Source: a virus
Lineage: Duplodnaviria > Caudoviricetes
IMG/VR virus record: IMGVR_UViG_3300017585_000267
Location: 32,001 to 96,000 of that record
Length of the DNA stretch: 64,000 nt
Strand: one strand, 5' to 3'
The notes under the pieces are model-generated. The model had not been told where the DNA came from, ran no database searches, and saw only the letters and a list, made by a program, of their open reading frames with translations. This document shows, piece by piece, positions 1 to 9,143 of this stretch. Both the position numbers and the translations under genes were made by a program. Numbering within the stretch: position 1 is the first letter of the stretch; every line of letters begins with the position of its first letter.

Positions 1-2
1 CG

Positions 3-194
3 GGTATGGTTGTCAGGGCTGTAGAAGGGTACCGTGGGCTTGACGCCCTCGGACAGGATGAACCTCATTCCCTCGTACTTGACGTCGAAGCCTTCCTCTT
101 TCAGTGCCCTGTACATGGAAGCCTCGGCCTTTGACCTGAAATGGATTCCATCGTAGGTCAAAGGCGTGGCGTTCCGTATCTTCCTATTCTCCAC
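3..194 (-). CDS. PD-(D/E)XK / DUF1064-like nuclease, N-terminal part (runs off window)
   Basis: Manual translation from GTG at 194: MENRKIRNATPLTYDGIHFRSKAEASMYRALKEEG..., matching the 'YDGIxFxSKxE' signature. Confidence 0.7.
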   Translation of the reverse strand, partial: MENRKIRNATPLTYDGIHFRSKAEASMYRALKEEGFDVKYEGMRFILSEGVKPTVPFYSPDNHT

Positions 195-567
195 CTTCCA
201 CGATGTCCTGCAATTCCTCGAGCCTGTTCTGAAGGCTTAACACCTGCTTCGAAAGTCCGAAGATCTTGTTGTTGGCCTCTTCCAGTTCCTGCTTGAGCTT
301 GCAGTATCCCTCGATGAGGGACTCAAGTTCCACATTCTGCCGCTCCTCCTGGGCCTTTGTGGTGGCCTCCTCCTTCTTGGGCGCGGGAGTCTCACGGAGT
401 TCCACCCAGTTCTGAATGAGCAAGTAAGGCAAGGTCTCTGGACATACGTCACAGAAGACGGACTTATCGACGGCCTTGCCTTCCTTGGTGGTGTAGCGAG
501 TCCTGAATTTCAGGGTTTCCCCCATTTGCACCTTCCTGTTGGTGCCTCTTACATAATACTCTTTCAT
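184..567 (-). CDS. hypothetical protein with C-terminal coiled coil
   Basis: 127-aa ORF in operon context with an A-rich leader. Confidence 0.7.
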   Translation of the reverse strand: MKEYYVRGTNRKVQMGETLKFRTRYTTKEGKAVDKSVFCDVCPETLPYLLIQNWVELRETPAPKKEEATTKAQEERQNVELESLIEGYCKLKQELEEANNKIFGLSKQVLSLQNRLEELQDIVEGGE

Positions 568-582
568 TTTAAGATGTTTAAG

Positions 583-1287
583 TTAATCAATTTCATTGTA
601 CCATTCAATCTCAGTCCCGAACCTCTTCCTCACATGGTCGTTTATGGCGGGCCACAGGTCAGGCGGGAACTTGAAGTCAGCCCTTGTACATGCGGCGGGA
701 TGTACGGTCAGGAAGCAATTGACCCGAAAGTCGATATACCTCTCGAATGACTGCGCGTCCTTACCCATCAGTACGCAGGCGATGTCTGGATTGTTTTGGG
801 ATGTCCTGAGGAGCAGTGAGCTTATGAATGGCCTCCACAGCAGGCAGTGCGAACCAGGTCTGCCTGTCCTGCAAGTCAGGGCCGAATTAAGCATCAACAC
901 CCCCTGTCTCTCCCATGTCTCCAAACTAGGGTCAAAGATAGTCAAATTGTGCGGCCTTGAGAAATCTATTACGGACTCCCTAAGCACCCTTAATGACGGG
1001 GATAACCTCCCTCCCGGGTCTATGCCTCCCGAGGCTGGATTGTACCTTATGGGAGGCAGCCTGTTGCCAAAGGCTATCCCAGTGGCGACGCCCCTTTGCG
1101 GATAGGGGTCCTGGCCGAGGATGATGACCTTGAGCCTTTCGTATGGACACAGCCTGAAAGCCTCAAAGATGTTCCCATAGGAAGGGCAGATGTCGTTGGC
1201 CATGGGGGCGAGCGACCTGAGGATTTTGGTGGCCTCCCCGATGTCCAGGACAGCAGCCCATCCCCCGAAGTATTCCCTGGCCGTCAT
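583..1287 (-). CDS. ung: uracil-DNA glycosylase (family 1)
   Basis: KVIILGQDPYP, SPSL, WERQGVLMLNSALT and HPA motifs. Confidence 0.95.
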   Translation of the reverse strand: MTAREYFGGWAAVLDIGEATKILRSLAPMANDICPSYGNIFEAFRLCPYERLKVIILGQDPYPQRGVATGIAFGNRLPPIRYNPASGGIDPGGRLSPSLRVLRESVIDFSRPHNLTIFDPSLETWERQGVLMLNSALTCRTGRPGSHCLLWRPFISSLLLRTSQNNPDIACVLMGKDAQSFERYIDFRVNCFLTVHPAACTRADFKFPPDLWPAINDHVRKRFGTEIEWYNEID

Positions 1288-2072
1288 TACAGTTCCCCTA
1301 TATATTGAAGGGCGACGTTCCGCAGGGACTCGTCGGTGGTATGCAAGGTAGGCTCCTCGACGCCCCTGATGGCAAAGGGACAGTCCTCGATGATTATCTG
1401 TATGGGAATGTGCCTATAGCTGTACACAAAGGCTTCCGAGCGGACATGAGGCATCACGATTTCGGCCTCCAGGGAAGCCTCGACCAGCCCCTTGCCGCAA
1501 TAGGCCTGTATGATGTCCTTCCTTTCCAGGAAGACCGAGGGAGCTATCCGCATCACGGGCCTCACGAACTGGTAGGTGAAGTCACCATTGCCGGGCTTCC
1601 ATGCCCTGTGGAGCCTCCAGGAACAGATCATGAGGGGCTTCATGTCCCTGTCCAGGAGTATCCCGGAGCTGCCGTAGTACAGGAAGTCCTTGCCTGGAAT
1701 CGCGACCTTCACCAGCCTGTCAAGGGGGAAGCCCTCGTTGAAGAGTGTCCTGAAGATTGGGTCCGCCGTCTTGTTGGTGACCTCATACCCATTGCAATAC
1801 AAGGAGACGACAAGAGTGTCCGTCTTCCTGCCATGAAGGTCAGGGTGAAGGATGAGCAGTCTGTTGTCGGACAACGCCGTTATGGCATTCCCCATGACAA
1901 ACAGCGGAACCTCGATGTCATCCCCGTCTATCGGGACTTCAAGGAACCTTCGGAACTGGGCGTTGCCGTCAACTATGTCGACAGGATTGGCCACTACGCC
2001 GGGATGCCTCCCATAGATGCTGCCATCTGTCCTCGCGAAGGCGTCCTTTATAACTACAGCGGTGTTCATCAT
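1287..2072 (-). CDS. conserved crAss-like hypothetical protein, last gene of the Ubl/E2/JAB/E1 cluster
   Basis: 261-aa ORF overlapping the E1 stop and abutting the ung start. Confidence 0.75.
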   Translation of the reverse strand: MMNTAVVIKDAFARTDGSIYGRHPGVVANPVDIVDGNAQFRRFLEVPIDGDDIEVPLFVMGNAITALSDNRLLILHPDLHGRKTDTLVVSLYCNGYEVTNKTADPIFRTLFNEGFPLDRLVKVAIPGKDFLYYGSSGILLDRDMKPLMICSWRLHRAWKPGNGDFTYQFVRPVMRIAPSVFLERKDIIQAYCGKGLVEASLEAEIVMPHVRSEAFVYSYRHIPIQIIIEDCPFAIRGVEEPTLHTTDESLRNVALQYIGEL

Positions 2073-3343
2073 GCGGTCGTCTTGAATATCATGTTGTGCG
2101 CGTCATACTCCGTGAAGAACGGGAAGTCATAGGGAATGGCCGGGGCGAGCTGGTTGGCAATGAAGTTGGTGAAGAGGTTGGTGATCACCGAGCCTATCAT
2201 GCAGGCCAGGTAGGTGGTCTGCTTCAGGGAGCACACGGTCTCGTCGGCCTCACCGTCTGAGAACAGGTAGTCCCTGTCATACCTCTCCATGCTGTAGTCG
2301 TCGTCACCGGCAATTGCGAACACCTGCAAGGTATCGATGCTCAGCCTTCCGTCTATATACAGGCACTTACGCCTTTCGTCAGGTGTCTTTCCCCGAAGGT
2401 GGTCCCTCCACTTGGCGAAGAACAGCTTCCTTGCGGACATGTTGTCGAAGCCGCAGATCATGATGTCGCTGGCCTCGTCAGTCTCCTGGAACTTTCGGTC
2501 TATCCCAAAGGCGTTGGTCATGTTGGTGTACTTCTTTATCATCTGCACCATGGCCGTCACCTTGGTCTTCCCCACGTCGTCCCTGCTGAACAGTTGCCCG
2601 GACATGTTGGAGGCTTCCACAATGTCGTCATCGTACAGGAACATGCCAGCGGGGGTCATCCTGGCAATCTGGAACACGGCGTTCGAGCCTATGCCCCCTA
2701 TGCCCGCCACTATGACCACGGACTTTCGGATGCTGTCATACCATTCGGCGCCTGAGAACCTCGACGTGGAGTCATCCAGGAGAAGGGTCGGGGAATTCGG
2801 GACTATCATGCCGGTGGAGTCGTAGGGTTCGCCCCTAGGCTGCTCGGCCCTCGACTCCTCCACGTGCTCGACCACCACGCTCAGTGGCGGCGTTACTGGG
2901 GAATCCTCTCCAAGATGCCTGTCATAGTCATCCCTTGGGGAATTCTCCACAATCCTGGTGACCCCCTCGGGAATCGGCGGTTCCTCTTCCGTCTCTCGGC
3001 CTTCCGTCTCAGCGAGGAGCTGGTCAACGCGTCTGACGATATCGTCCTCCAGGGCTTCGTCAGTCTCATGGGATTCCTCGGCAATGTTCTCCTGTTCCTC
3101 AGGGGGAACCATGGCCTGAGATTCATCGTTATCCACTGCCTGCTCAATCGCGACATATGTGGTATTTGGTCTATCCAGGGCCTCCCTTATGGCGTTCAGG
3201 TCAGTCGTTATCCTGAAAGGATATTCAGGTTCGTCCTGACGACGTTCCCCCTCGGGTTCGGCTGGGGTGAAGTCCATGGGATCCAAACCAGCCGAGGCGA
3301 GTATTTCATTCAGTTCTGTGTTGTCCATGTTCAATAGATCCAT
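2069..3343 (-). CDS. ThiF/E1-like adenylyltransferase with long acidic N-terminal extension
   Basis: SRF...VAGIGGIGS, YDDDIVEASNMSGQLF, DVGKTKV, CGFDNMSAR, YIDGR motifs; candidate catalytic Cys in ETVCSLKQT; start could be 3328. Confidence 0.9.
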   Translation of the reverse strand: MDLLNMDNTELNEILASAGLDPMDFTPAEPEGERRQDEPEYPFRITTDLNAIREALDRPNTTYVAIEQAVDNDESQAMVPPEEQENIAEESHETDEALEDDIVRRVDQLLAETEGRETEEEPPIPEGVTRIVENSPRDDYDRHLGEDSPVTPPLSVVVEHVEESRAEQPRGEPYDSTGMIVPNSPTLLLDDSTSRFSGAEWYDSIRKSVVIVAGIGGIGSNAVFQIARMTPAGMFLYDDDIVEASNMSGQLFSRDDVGKTKVTAMVQMIKKYTNMTNAFGIDRKFQETDEASDIMICGFDNMSARKLFFAKWRDHLRGKTPDERRKCLYIDGRLSIDTLQVFAIAGDDDYSMERYDRDYLFSDGEADETVCSLKQTTYLACMIGSVITNLFTNFIANQLAPAIPYDFPFFTEYDAHNMIFKTTA

Positions 3344-4506
3344 CTTTCAAGTTCATTGATGTACGCGGTGAGGTACGGGTTGTCATGGAGCGGATCCACG
3401 AAGGTCTTGAGCTCCTCCTGCATGGCCATGGCCTTCACCGACCAATAGGAGTCGTCGTCAAGCATCGGGTACATGTCACGGAAGGAATCGTCCTTGCCAT
3501 ACATGAGGCTGTACTCGACGGAGTAGTCCCTCCAGCTTGTGAAGGCATCCATGTCCACGCCCCCGAACTGCTTGTCATAGACGGGGACCATGTATTTGTC
3601 GACCCACTCCTTGAGGTTCGACTTGCCGCCGTGCATGATGAGGGAACAGGTGAGCATCCTGAGCACGAGCTCCCGTATGGACTCGTCCCCCACCATGTAG
3701 CTGGACCGCAAGTTAGCCACGTCGTTCTGGACGACGCCCTCAAGCTCCCTCTCGGAGAACAGTCCGGGCTCAGCCTTTTGGGGCTGCCAGGCATCGGAGA
3801 TTCCGGGAGACAACGTGACGGCAGAGGCCTTCTTCCTTTTCTCGATTTCCTCGAACCTCCTGTCCATGTCGTCGAAGGGATTGGCCACCGCAGGCTTCTC
3901 GATGTCGAGCATGAAGTACTCGACCTTGCTGCACACGTCTTCCTTCCTGACTTCCTTGCGGTCGTCGCCCGACTTGACTTCTCCCTCACCAAAGAACTGG
4001 TAGGTGCTCTCAAGGCAGGTCACGGTGATTTCCCTCTTGATCCTGACGTTCCTCGTTATGGCCGCGACGTAGTTTCCCGCATTGTCGACTATCAGGGAGA
4101 CGAAGTTGTTGGTGTCGTTGCCTTCAACTTGCAGCGTGTTGATGTCCTGGCCGCTGAAGAACGCACCGAGCCTGTGATGGGAATGTATCAGCCCGATCTC
4201 ACAGTCGAACAGTTCCATGTTTTGGGCCATGTATGCGGCCACGTCCTCGTTCATGTGGTATTCGGTCCATCCCGAAGTCCCGAGGTCCATGGGATAGAAG
4301 TCCTCGCACCTGATTACGAGATCGCCTCCCTCGAAAGAGCCCGTGTGGTGATAGAACAGCACCCCGGACCACTCGGTGCTGGGGAACTTCCTCTGCAAGT
4401 ACCTTATCTTGGATTCCACCGGCTCGGGAATCACCATCCTATACGTGGAGGACATTTTGACTGGCGCAGGGGAGTTCCCCGCCTGTAGTTGCTTGGTTTC
4501 TTTCAT
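3331..4506 (-). CDS. JAB/MPN+ (JAMM) metallopeptidase
   Basis: EWSG...IHSHHRLGAFFSGQD fits E...HxH-x7-S-x2-D; start placed at MKETKQ. Confidence 0.9.
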   Translation of the reverse strand: MKETKQLQAGNSPAPVKMSSTYRMVIPEPVESKIRYLQRKFPSTEWSGVLFYHHTGSFEGGDLVIRCEDFYPMDLGTSGWTEYHMNEDVAAYMAQNMELFDCEIGLIHSHHRLGAFFSGQDINTLQVEGNDTNNFVSLIVDNAGNYVAAITRNVRIKREITVTCLESTYQFFGEGEVKSGDDRKEVRKEDVCSKVEYFMLDIEKPAVANPFDDMDRRFEEIEKRKKASAVTLSPGISDAWQPQKAEPGLFSERELEGVVQNDVANLRSSYMVGDESIRELVLRMLTCSLIMHGGKSNLKEWVDKYMVPVYDKQFGGVDMDAFTSWRDYSVEYSLMYGKDDSFRDMYPMLDDDSYWSVKAMAMQEELKTFVDPLHDNPYLTAYINELERWIY

Positions 4507-5641
4507 TTTTGAATCTATAGTTAACCGTACGAAGTATCCTGTTGAGCAGGGGCATGGCGAACAGATGGTGCAGCAGCACGGTTGGAGCCTCCCTGCTCGA
4601 CCCGTCGTCATAGATGGAGAGGTTCACGTCCCGCCCCTTGAAAGTAAGCACATAGGCACCCTCATATTCACTGGGGATGCAGGTAGAGAAGCCCCGTGAA
4701 TAGAACCTCCTGTCCCGCACGATGGCCTTCACCAGTATCCTCAGATTGAAGCAATACCTGGCTGCGGTCTTACAGCCATCCACGAGACGATTGTTCACAT
4801 AATCTATGAAGCAATTCGAGATGTCCATCATGAAGTCATAGTACTGCATCCCTACGGAGAACGAGTTGTTGCAATAGTTGAACTTGAGATGCCCGTTGGT
4901 AAGGTAGTACCTGATGAAGTCCTGAAGCGCAGCCTTCCCGAACTTTTCGTTGAAGTGCCCTATCAGGGAATTCGAGAACAGGGAGTCGTCATACTCGTTT
5001 TCTATGAGGTATCCCTTGTTGCCGATCTCCTCGAGCCTCCTGTAGGGGACCCCTGTAAGGGACTCTACTGTCACGTACATGGAGAGCTCCTGGCAGAACA
5101 GCATCCACTCCGTCTCGTCGAACTCATTCTTGAGGGAGTTGATGGTCCCGACTATGGGACCCCTCCCGAGGCACGGGCTGTCGAAACGTGAGAAGTCCTG
5201 CTTGTTGATTCCCCTGAGGTGGCTATGGGAGTAGTCGCTGAGGAACTGCGTCATGGAATACCTGGCCCTGTTGAGGTAGAAGCCGTGGCTGCTGGGAGGG
5301 ATCTTCCCGTCAAGGCCCACCCTGACCAGCGCATAGAGGTCGTCGATGACAACGGATCTGTCGTTCTCGTTGGTCACGGTGACATGCGGCCAGTAGACAT
5401 AGATGGAGCAGTACAGCCTGGCGGCGCCTTCTATCACCTTCCCGATCCTATGGTCCGAGATGTCAATGGTAGCGTCGGGAAGCTGTCCCGCATCCCATGC
5501 ACAGCCTATATAGCGTTCCATCCGGGAGCTTTGCAGGTCGACGAACTGTTCCCCGAAGAAGTCCTGGAATACCCTGTATACCGCAGCTACCTTGAAGAAA
5601 ACCCTGTCATGGAATTGTTCTTTTGTCATTAGCATAGGCAA
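4439..5641 (-). CDS. putative prokaryotic E2-like (ubiquitin-conjugating fold) protein
   Basis: YSHSHL...FDSPCLGRGPI resembles the E2 HPN...CL active-site spacing; lies between the Ubl and JAB genes. Confidence 0.55.
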   Translation of the reverse strand: MPMLMTKEQFHDRVFFKVAAVYRVFQDFFGEQFVDLQSSRMERYIGCAWDAGQLPDATIDISDHRIGKVIEGAARLYCSIYVYWPHVTVTNENDRSVVIDDLYALVRVGLDGKIPPSSHGFYLNRARYSMTQFLSDYSHSHLRGINKQDFSRFDSPCLGRGPIVGTINSLKNEFDETEWMLFCQELSMYVTVESLTGVPYRRLEEIGNKGYLIENEYDDSLFSNSLIGHFNEKFGKAALQDFIRYYLTNGHLKFNYCNNSFSVGMQYYDFMMDISNCFIDYVNNRLVDGCKTAARYCFNLRILVKAIVRDRRFYSRGFSTCIPSEYEGAYVLTFKGRDVNLSIYDDGSSREAPTVLLHHLFAMPLLNRILRTVNYRFKNERNQATTGGELPCASQNVLHV

Positions 5642-5653
5642 TGGACTTTTGGT

Positions 5654-5696
5654 AAAATAAAATAAAGGGAGCGAATGGTCATCCCACCCGCTCCCC
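5654..5696 (-). terminator. intrinsic terminator between the Ubl and E2-like genes
   Basis: GGGAGCG...CGCTCCC stem followed by TTTATTTTATTTT on the minus strand. Confidence 0.7.
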
Positions 5697-5722
5697 TGGC
5701 ATTGAGTAAAACAGGACAGCCC

Positions 5723-6394
5723 CTACAGGTTGGCCTCGATTATGTCATCAATCTCCTTTGAAGAGAACGGCGCATCCGCAAGGTTCTGGTTGTCCTTGAC
5801 GCTCGCGAGTTTCCCTACCATCTCACCGAGCTTGGCGAGATCCTGGACATTGAGCAGGTCGGCTTCCACCGCAAGCCTCACTACGTTGAAGAGGTTGTCA
5901 CGAAGCTCCTCGGACTCCTTGGACTTGGGTTCCTCCTCGTTGTCTATGTCACAGTCCGTGCCCTCATCTTCGTCATCGTCATCGACATAGCCGTTGTCAC
6001 AGAGGAAGGTCTCGAGGGAATCCGTGGGCACCTGGGTGAAGTTCCGCCCATAGGCCTCCTGGATTCTGTCCTGAAGGCCCTGTTCCTTGATGATGGGATA
6101 GATCTCCGTGAACCTGTCCATGGCTCCCGAAGCGATGTTCTTGTGGGTGTTGGTGAGGAGGAAGACCAGGTTGTTCGTGGTTTGTCCCTTGTAGGGGACG
6201 TTGGCGGGCAGCGGAGAGGCGTCGTCATTGAGGGTGGTCTTGGTTATGCCCTCGGTAAAGGACATCCCGGTATAGTCGATGCCGTTCTCCCTGAAAGCCG
6301 CCTTGAGCTCCCCAAGGGTTGTTGCATTGGTAGTGATTTTGTACCTTTTTTGGTCTTTGGTACTGGCGACCATGATTGTGCGATTTGTTTCCAT
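5723..6394 (-). CDS. ubiquitin-like (beta-grasp) N-terminal domain fused to helical/acidic C-terminal region
   Basis: N-terminal beta-beta-alpha pattern (RTIMV..KRYKITTNATTLGELKAAF), ending LVFLL..KNIASG at residue 90; heads the E2/JAB/E1 cluster. Confidence 0.6.
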   Translation of the reverse strand: METNRTIMVASTKDQKRYKITTNATTLGELKAAFRENGIDYTGMSFTEGITKTTLNDDASPLPANVPYKGQTTNNLVFLLTNTHKNIASGAMDRFTEIYPIIKEQGLQDRIQEAYGRNFTQVPTDSLETFLCDNGYVDDDDEDEGTDCDIDNEEEPKSKESEELRDNLFNVVRLAVEADLLNVQDLAKLGEMVGKLASVKDNQNLADAPFSSKEIDDIIEANL

Positions 6395-6411
6395 AATCGT
6401 TGTATAGCTAG

Positions 6412-7488
6412 TTATTTGAACAATGTCTTTAGTCTTTTGAATTCCTGCTTGTCTTCAAGCACCAGGAAGTAATCCGAGAAATCCTTGACCTTGAGGCGGT
6501 CCCTGTCCTTGAAGAACCCGGTGTTAGGAAGTCTTTCAAGTAGCTCCGGGGTCACCTTCACCTCCTCCAGGCCAAAGTCAGGTATGACATAGGGAAGCCC
6601 CGTCTTCTCCGAGAGCCTCACTGCGTCCTCCTTGCCATACTTGTCCCTGTCAAAGGAGATGTAGACCTTCCGATACCTTCTCTTGAGTTCCTTCAGGGCG
6701 GTGTCGCTTATGCCGTAGCCCTCTCCTTGGGGGGCCACGGCGGGTATCCCAAGCTGTGACCATACGCACAGTGCGTCCTTGAGGGAGGAGCAGATCACCA
6801 TCCGCTCCCCGTACTCAGGGATTCTTGTCCAAAGGGAAATCACGGAGCTGTCCATGCTGTTGCACCACTTGAAGCCATCCTTGTTGAACGGCTGGTAGAT
6901 TTTCAGCGACAGCCTCCGCTCCTTCCTCTCGACGAACACGTATGCATACTTGTCCGCCTTGAACACCATCCTTCGGCCCTTGTCCTCAGGACTCTCCTTC
7001 TTGGTGATGATCTTATGTGAGATGGGATACACCTCACACTGCTTCAGGAGTTCTGGGTTCACCCCGTAGCTCCTCCAGTAGTCGTAGTCGTATTCCTGCC
7101 ACGGACGTACCCTCACCTCAAGCTTCGTGAGCCTGTCCCTTTCCTGCCTTGTGAAGGTCTTCACCCTCTTGGCCTTGAGCGTGACCTTGGCATCCGACAG
7201 CAGCTGTTCCTGTATCCTGGCCAAGGCCTGGGGGAACGTACAGTGCCAATACTGGCAAAGCAGTTCCATCAGGCCACCATTTTCTGCGGTGGCATAGTCT
7301 ATGTACCTGACATGGCCGTTCCTGGTGACATAAAGTCCGAAGGAGGGCTTGCTGTCCTTCCTTAGGGGAGAGTTTATGCAACAGGGAAGGACGTGGATGT
7401 CAAAGCAGCATGCCAGCACCTCGGCCTCGGAATAGTTGCCGAACAACTCTCCCATGCTGACGTTGGGACCTGTCTCACCTACTACCAT
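6412..7488 (-). CDS. DNA primase (Zn-finger plus TOPRIM)
   Basis: SPLRKDSKPSF Zn-binding region, ICSSLKD, SFDRDKYG TOPRIM and KDFSD motifs. Confidence 0.85.
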   Translation of the reverse strand: MVVGETGPNVSMGELFGNYSEAEVLACCFDIHVLPCCINSPLRKDSKPSFGLYVTRNGHVRYIDYATAENGGLMELLCQYWHCTFPQALARIQEQLLSDAKVTLKAKRVKTFTRQERDRLTKLEVRVRPWQEYDYDYWRSYGVNPELLKQCEVYPISHKIITKKESPEDKGRRMVFKADKYAYVFVERKERRLSLKIYQPFNKDGFKWCNSMDSSVISLWTRIPEYGERMVICSSLKDALCVWSQLGIPAVAPQGEGYGISDTALKELKRRYRKVYISFDRDKYGKEDAVRLSEKTGLPYVIPDFGLEEVKVTPELLERLPNTGFFKDRDRLKVKDFSDYFLVLEDKQEFKRLKTLFK

Positions 7489-7514
7489 AAGATCTACTTC
7501 AAGGTGTTCTCAGT

Positions 7515-8510
7515 CTATTCCCAAGGCATCTTGGGGGCGTCGTCGGCTGGAAGGTCGTCAAGGACGACCCCAGGATTGCCAGATTGGGGCGTGTCACCGT
7601 AGGAGTAGGGCTGTTCGAGGTTCGTGGCCTCCACGGAGTACTCCTGGAGAGGGCACACCTTGTAGGTGAACTTCTGTGAGAACGAGCTCTCGGGATTCCG
7701 ATAGAGGAAGATGAGCCTGTCCTCGGCCCTCTTGAGCACCTTGTCGTTGACATAGCCGAACATGAGCTGCGGATCCGTGGATATCACCTGGAACTGACCG
7801 CTCTCGGTCGACTTCACACCATAGGTGAGGTAAATCTTGTTGTTGGGCTGAAGCGCGATGGCCTCCCTGAGCTCGGAGAAGTCGCCCTTGAAGTAGTCCT
7901 TGACGTGCTCAAGCTGGAGGGTATATATGTCAAGATCCTCCCCGTCCCTGAGAAGCCACTCGTTTTTCTCATACGTGAAGGCATCACGTATGCCGAGGAA
8001 GGTATGCAGGAACGCCACCAACTGGGCCTCACCTTCCCAGGCGACCCTGTACTTGGCGTCGATCTTCTGGAGGTGAACCATGTTGTCCTTGCCTGTATAG
8101 GTAAGCCTCTTGCCCGCCTTGGCGTCCTCGGCGCTGGCGTTGGCCGAATTGCCGTACCTGTCTATCACGGTGAGAAGCTTGACTTCCTTGCCTTCGGAGT
8201 TCGTGAAGCTCCTTGCCGCCGCCGTGTTCCTCAGGAAGAAGGACACCTTGTTGATGACATCTATTCCATCATTGAGCTCGGGGACCGTCTTCACGATGAA
8301 GTCAATGCGGACGGTCTCCACGCCATCCTGTTCGCCGGTGTACTGAGGTTCGGCGACCTCCCTTCCATAGAGCTTCCCGAGCTCCTCCTTGGAGGGATTC
8401 ACGGCAAGGATTTGGGAAGCCCCTATGCCTACGTACCTTTTGAAGTCCCCAAACGATTCCGAGGACTGGTGGGTCTGGCCAATTGCCAGGAAACTGTAAC
8501 TGCTGTTCAT
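7515..8510 (-). CDS. putative single-stranded DNA-binding protein
   Basis: crAss replication-block position; YVG..AVNP N-terminus; acidic tail ending DDLPADDAPKMPWE. Confidence 0.55.
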   Translation of the reverse strand: MNSSYSFLAIGQTHQSSESFGDFKRYVGIGASQILAVNPSKEELGKLYGREVAEPQYTGEQDGVETVRIDFIVKTVPELNDGIDVINKVSFFLRNTAAARSFTNSEGKEVKLLTVIDRYGNSANASAEDAKAGKRLTYTGKDNMVHLQKIDAKYRVAWEGEAQLVAFLHTFLGIRDAFTYEKNEWLLRDGEDLDIYTLQLEHVKDYFKGDFSELREAIALQPNNKIYLTYGVKSTESGQFQVISTDPQLMFGYVNDKVLKRAEDRLIFLYRNPESSFSQKFTYKVCPLQEYSVEATNLEQPYSYGDTPQSGNPGVVLDDLPADDAPKMPWE

Positions 8511-8535
8511 TTTACCTTTGCTTTTATGTTTGACA

Positions 8536-9111
8536 TTAATTGAATGGGTCGAATTCAGGAACCGACGGTCCCTCGGGAACCGCTTCCGGCTCGGGTTCCT
8601 CAGCCACGGGGGCTTCTTCCAAGGCCTCAGGGAGGTCATCGGGAACTGCCTCAGGCTCGGACTCCTTAACTACTGGAGCCTCCTCAGGAGTCTCTGAGGC
8701 ATCGTCAGGAATTATGTTCGGCACAGTCTCCTCAAAAGTCGGAGTTACTTCCTTAGGAGTAGTGGCGGCAGAGTCCTCACAATGGTTGTACACCACATAT
8801 ACATTTCTTCCGGCATCGTAGTGCACGTTGGGGTTGGGCTCCCAGGTGGTCACCTTTACGGGCCTGCCTTCCTTGTCGAACTTGCCGGCCACCTCATTGA
8901 CCTCACGATGGCAGAGCTGGCTTGCCGCAAGGCCATACTTGGCCATCAAGCCAGCATTTTGGCTGTCTATGATCTCTTGGATGGTACGGTACTCCTCAGT
9001 AAGCTTCTGGATCTTGCTTACTATCCTTTTCTTCCTCTCTACGTCAGGCTGTACGACCTGCGCAATCCTTTTCACTGCGGCCCAGTCGCGGGTCGAAAGA
9101 ATTTTCTCCAT
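8536..9111 (-). CDS. hypothetical protein with Pro/Glu-rich duplicated tail
   Basis: Start MEKILST; EEAPVVKESEPEAVP / EEAPVAEEPEPEAVP repeat; ends FDPFN. Confidence 0.75.
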   Translation of the reverse strand: MEKILSTRDWAAVKRIAQVVQPDVERKKRIVSKIQKLTEEYRTIQEIIDSQNAGLMAKYGLAASQLCHREVNEVAGKFDKEGRPVKVTTWEPNPNVHYDAGRNVYVVYNHCEDSAATTPKEVTPTFEETVPNIIPDDASETPEEAPVVKESEPEAVPDDLPEALEEAPVAEEPEPEAVPEGPSVPEFDPFN

Positions 9112-9143
9112 GTTGCTTTGTGTTTTTGGGTTTTTGTTAAACT

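Noticed and set aside
2069-3343. ThiF as a thiamine/molybdopterin biosynthesis gene
   Set aside because: No ThiS/MoaD partner or pathway genes nearby; the neighbours are JAB and E2-like genes
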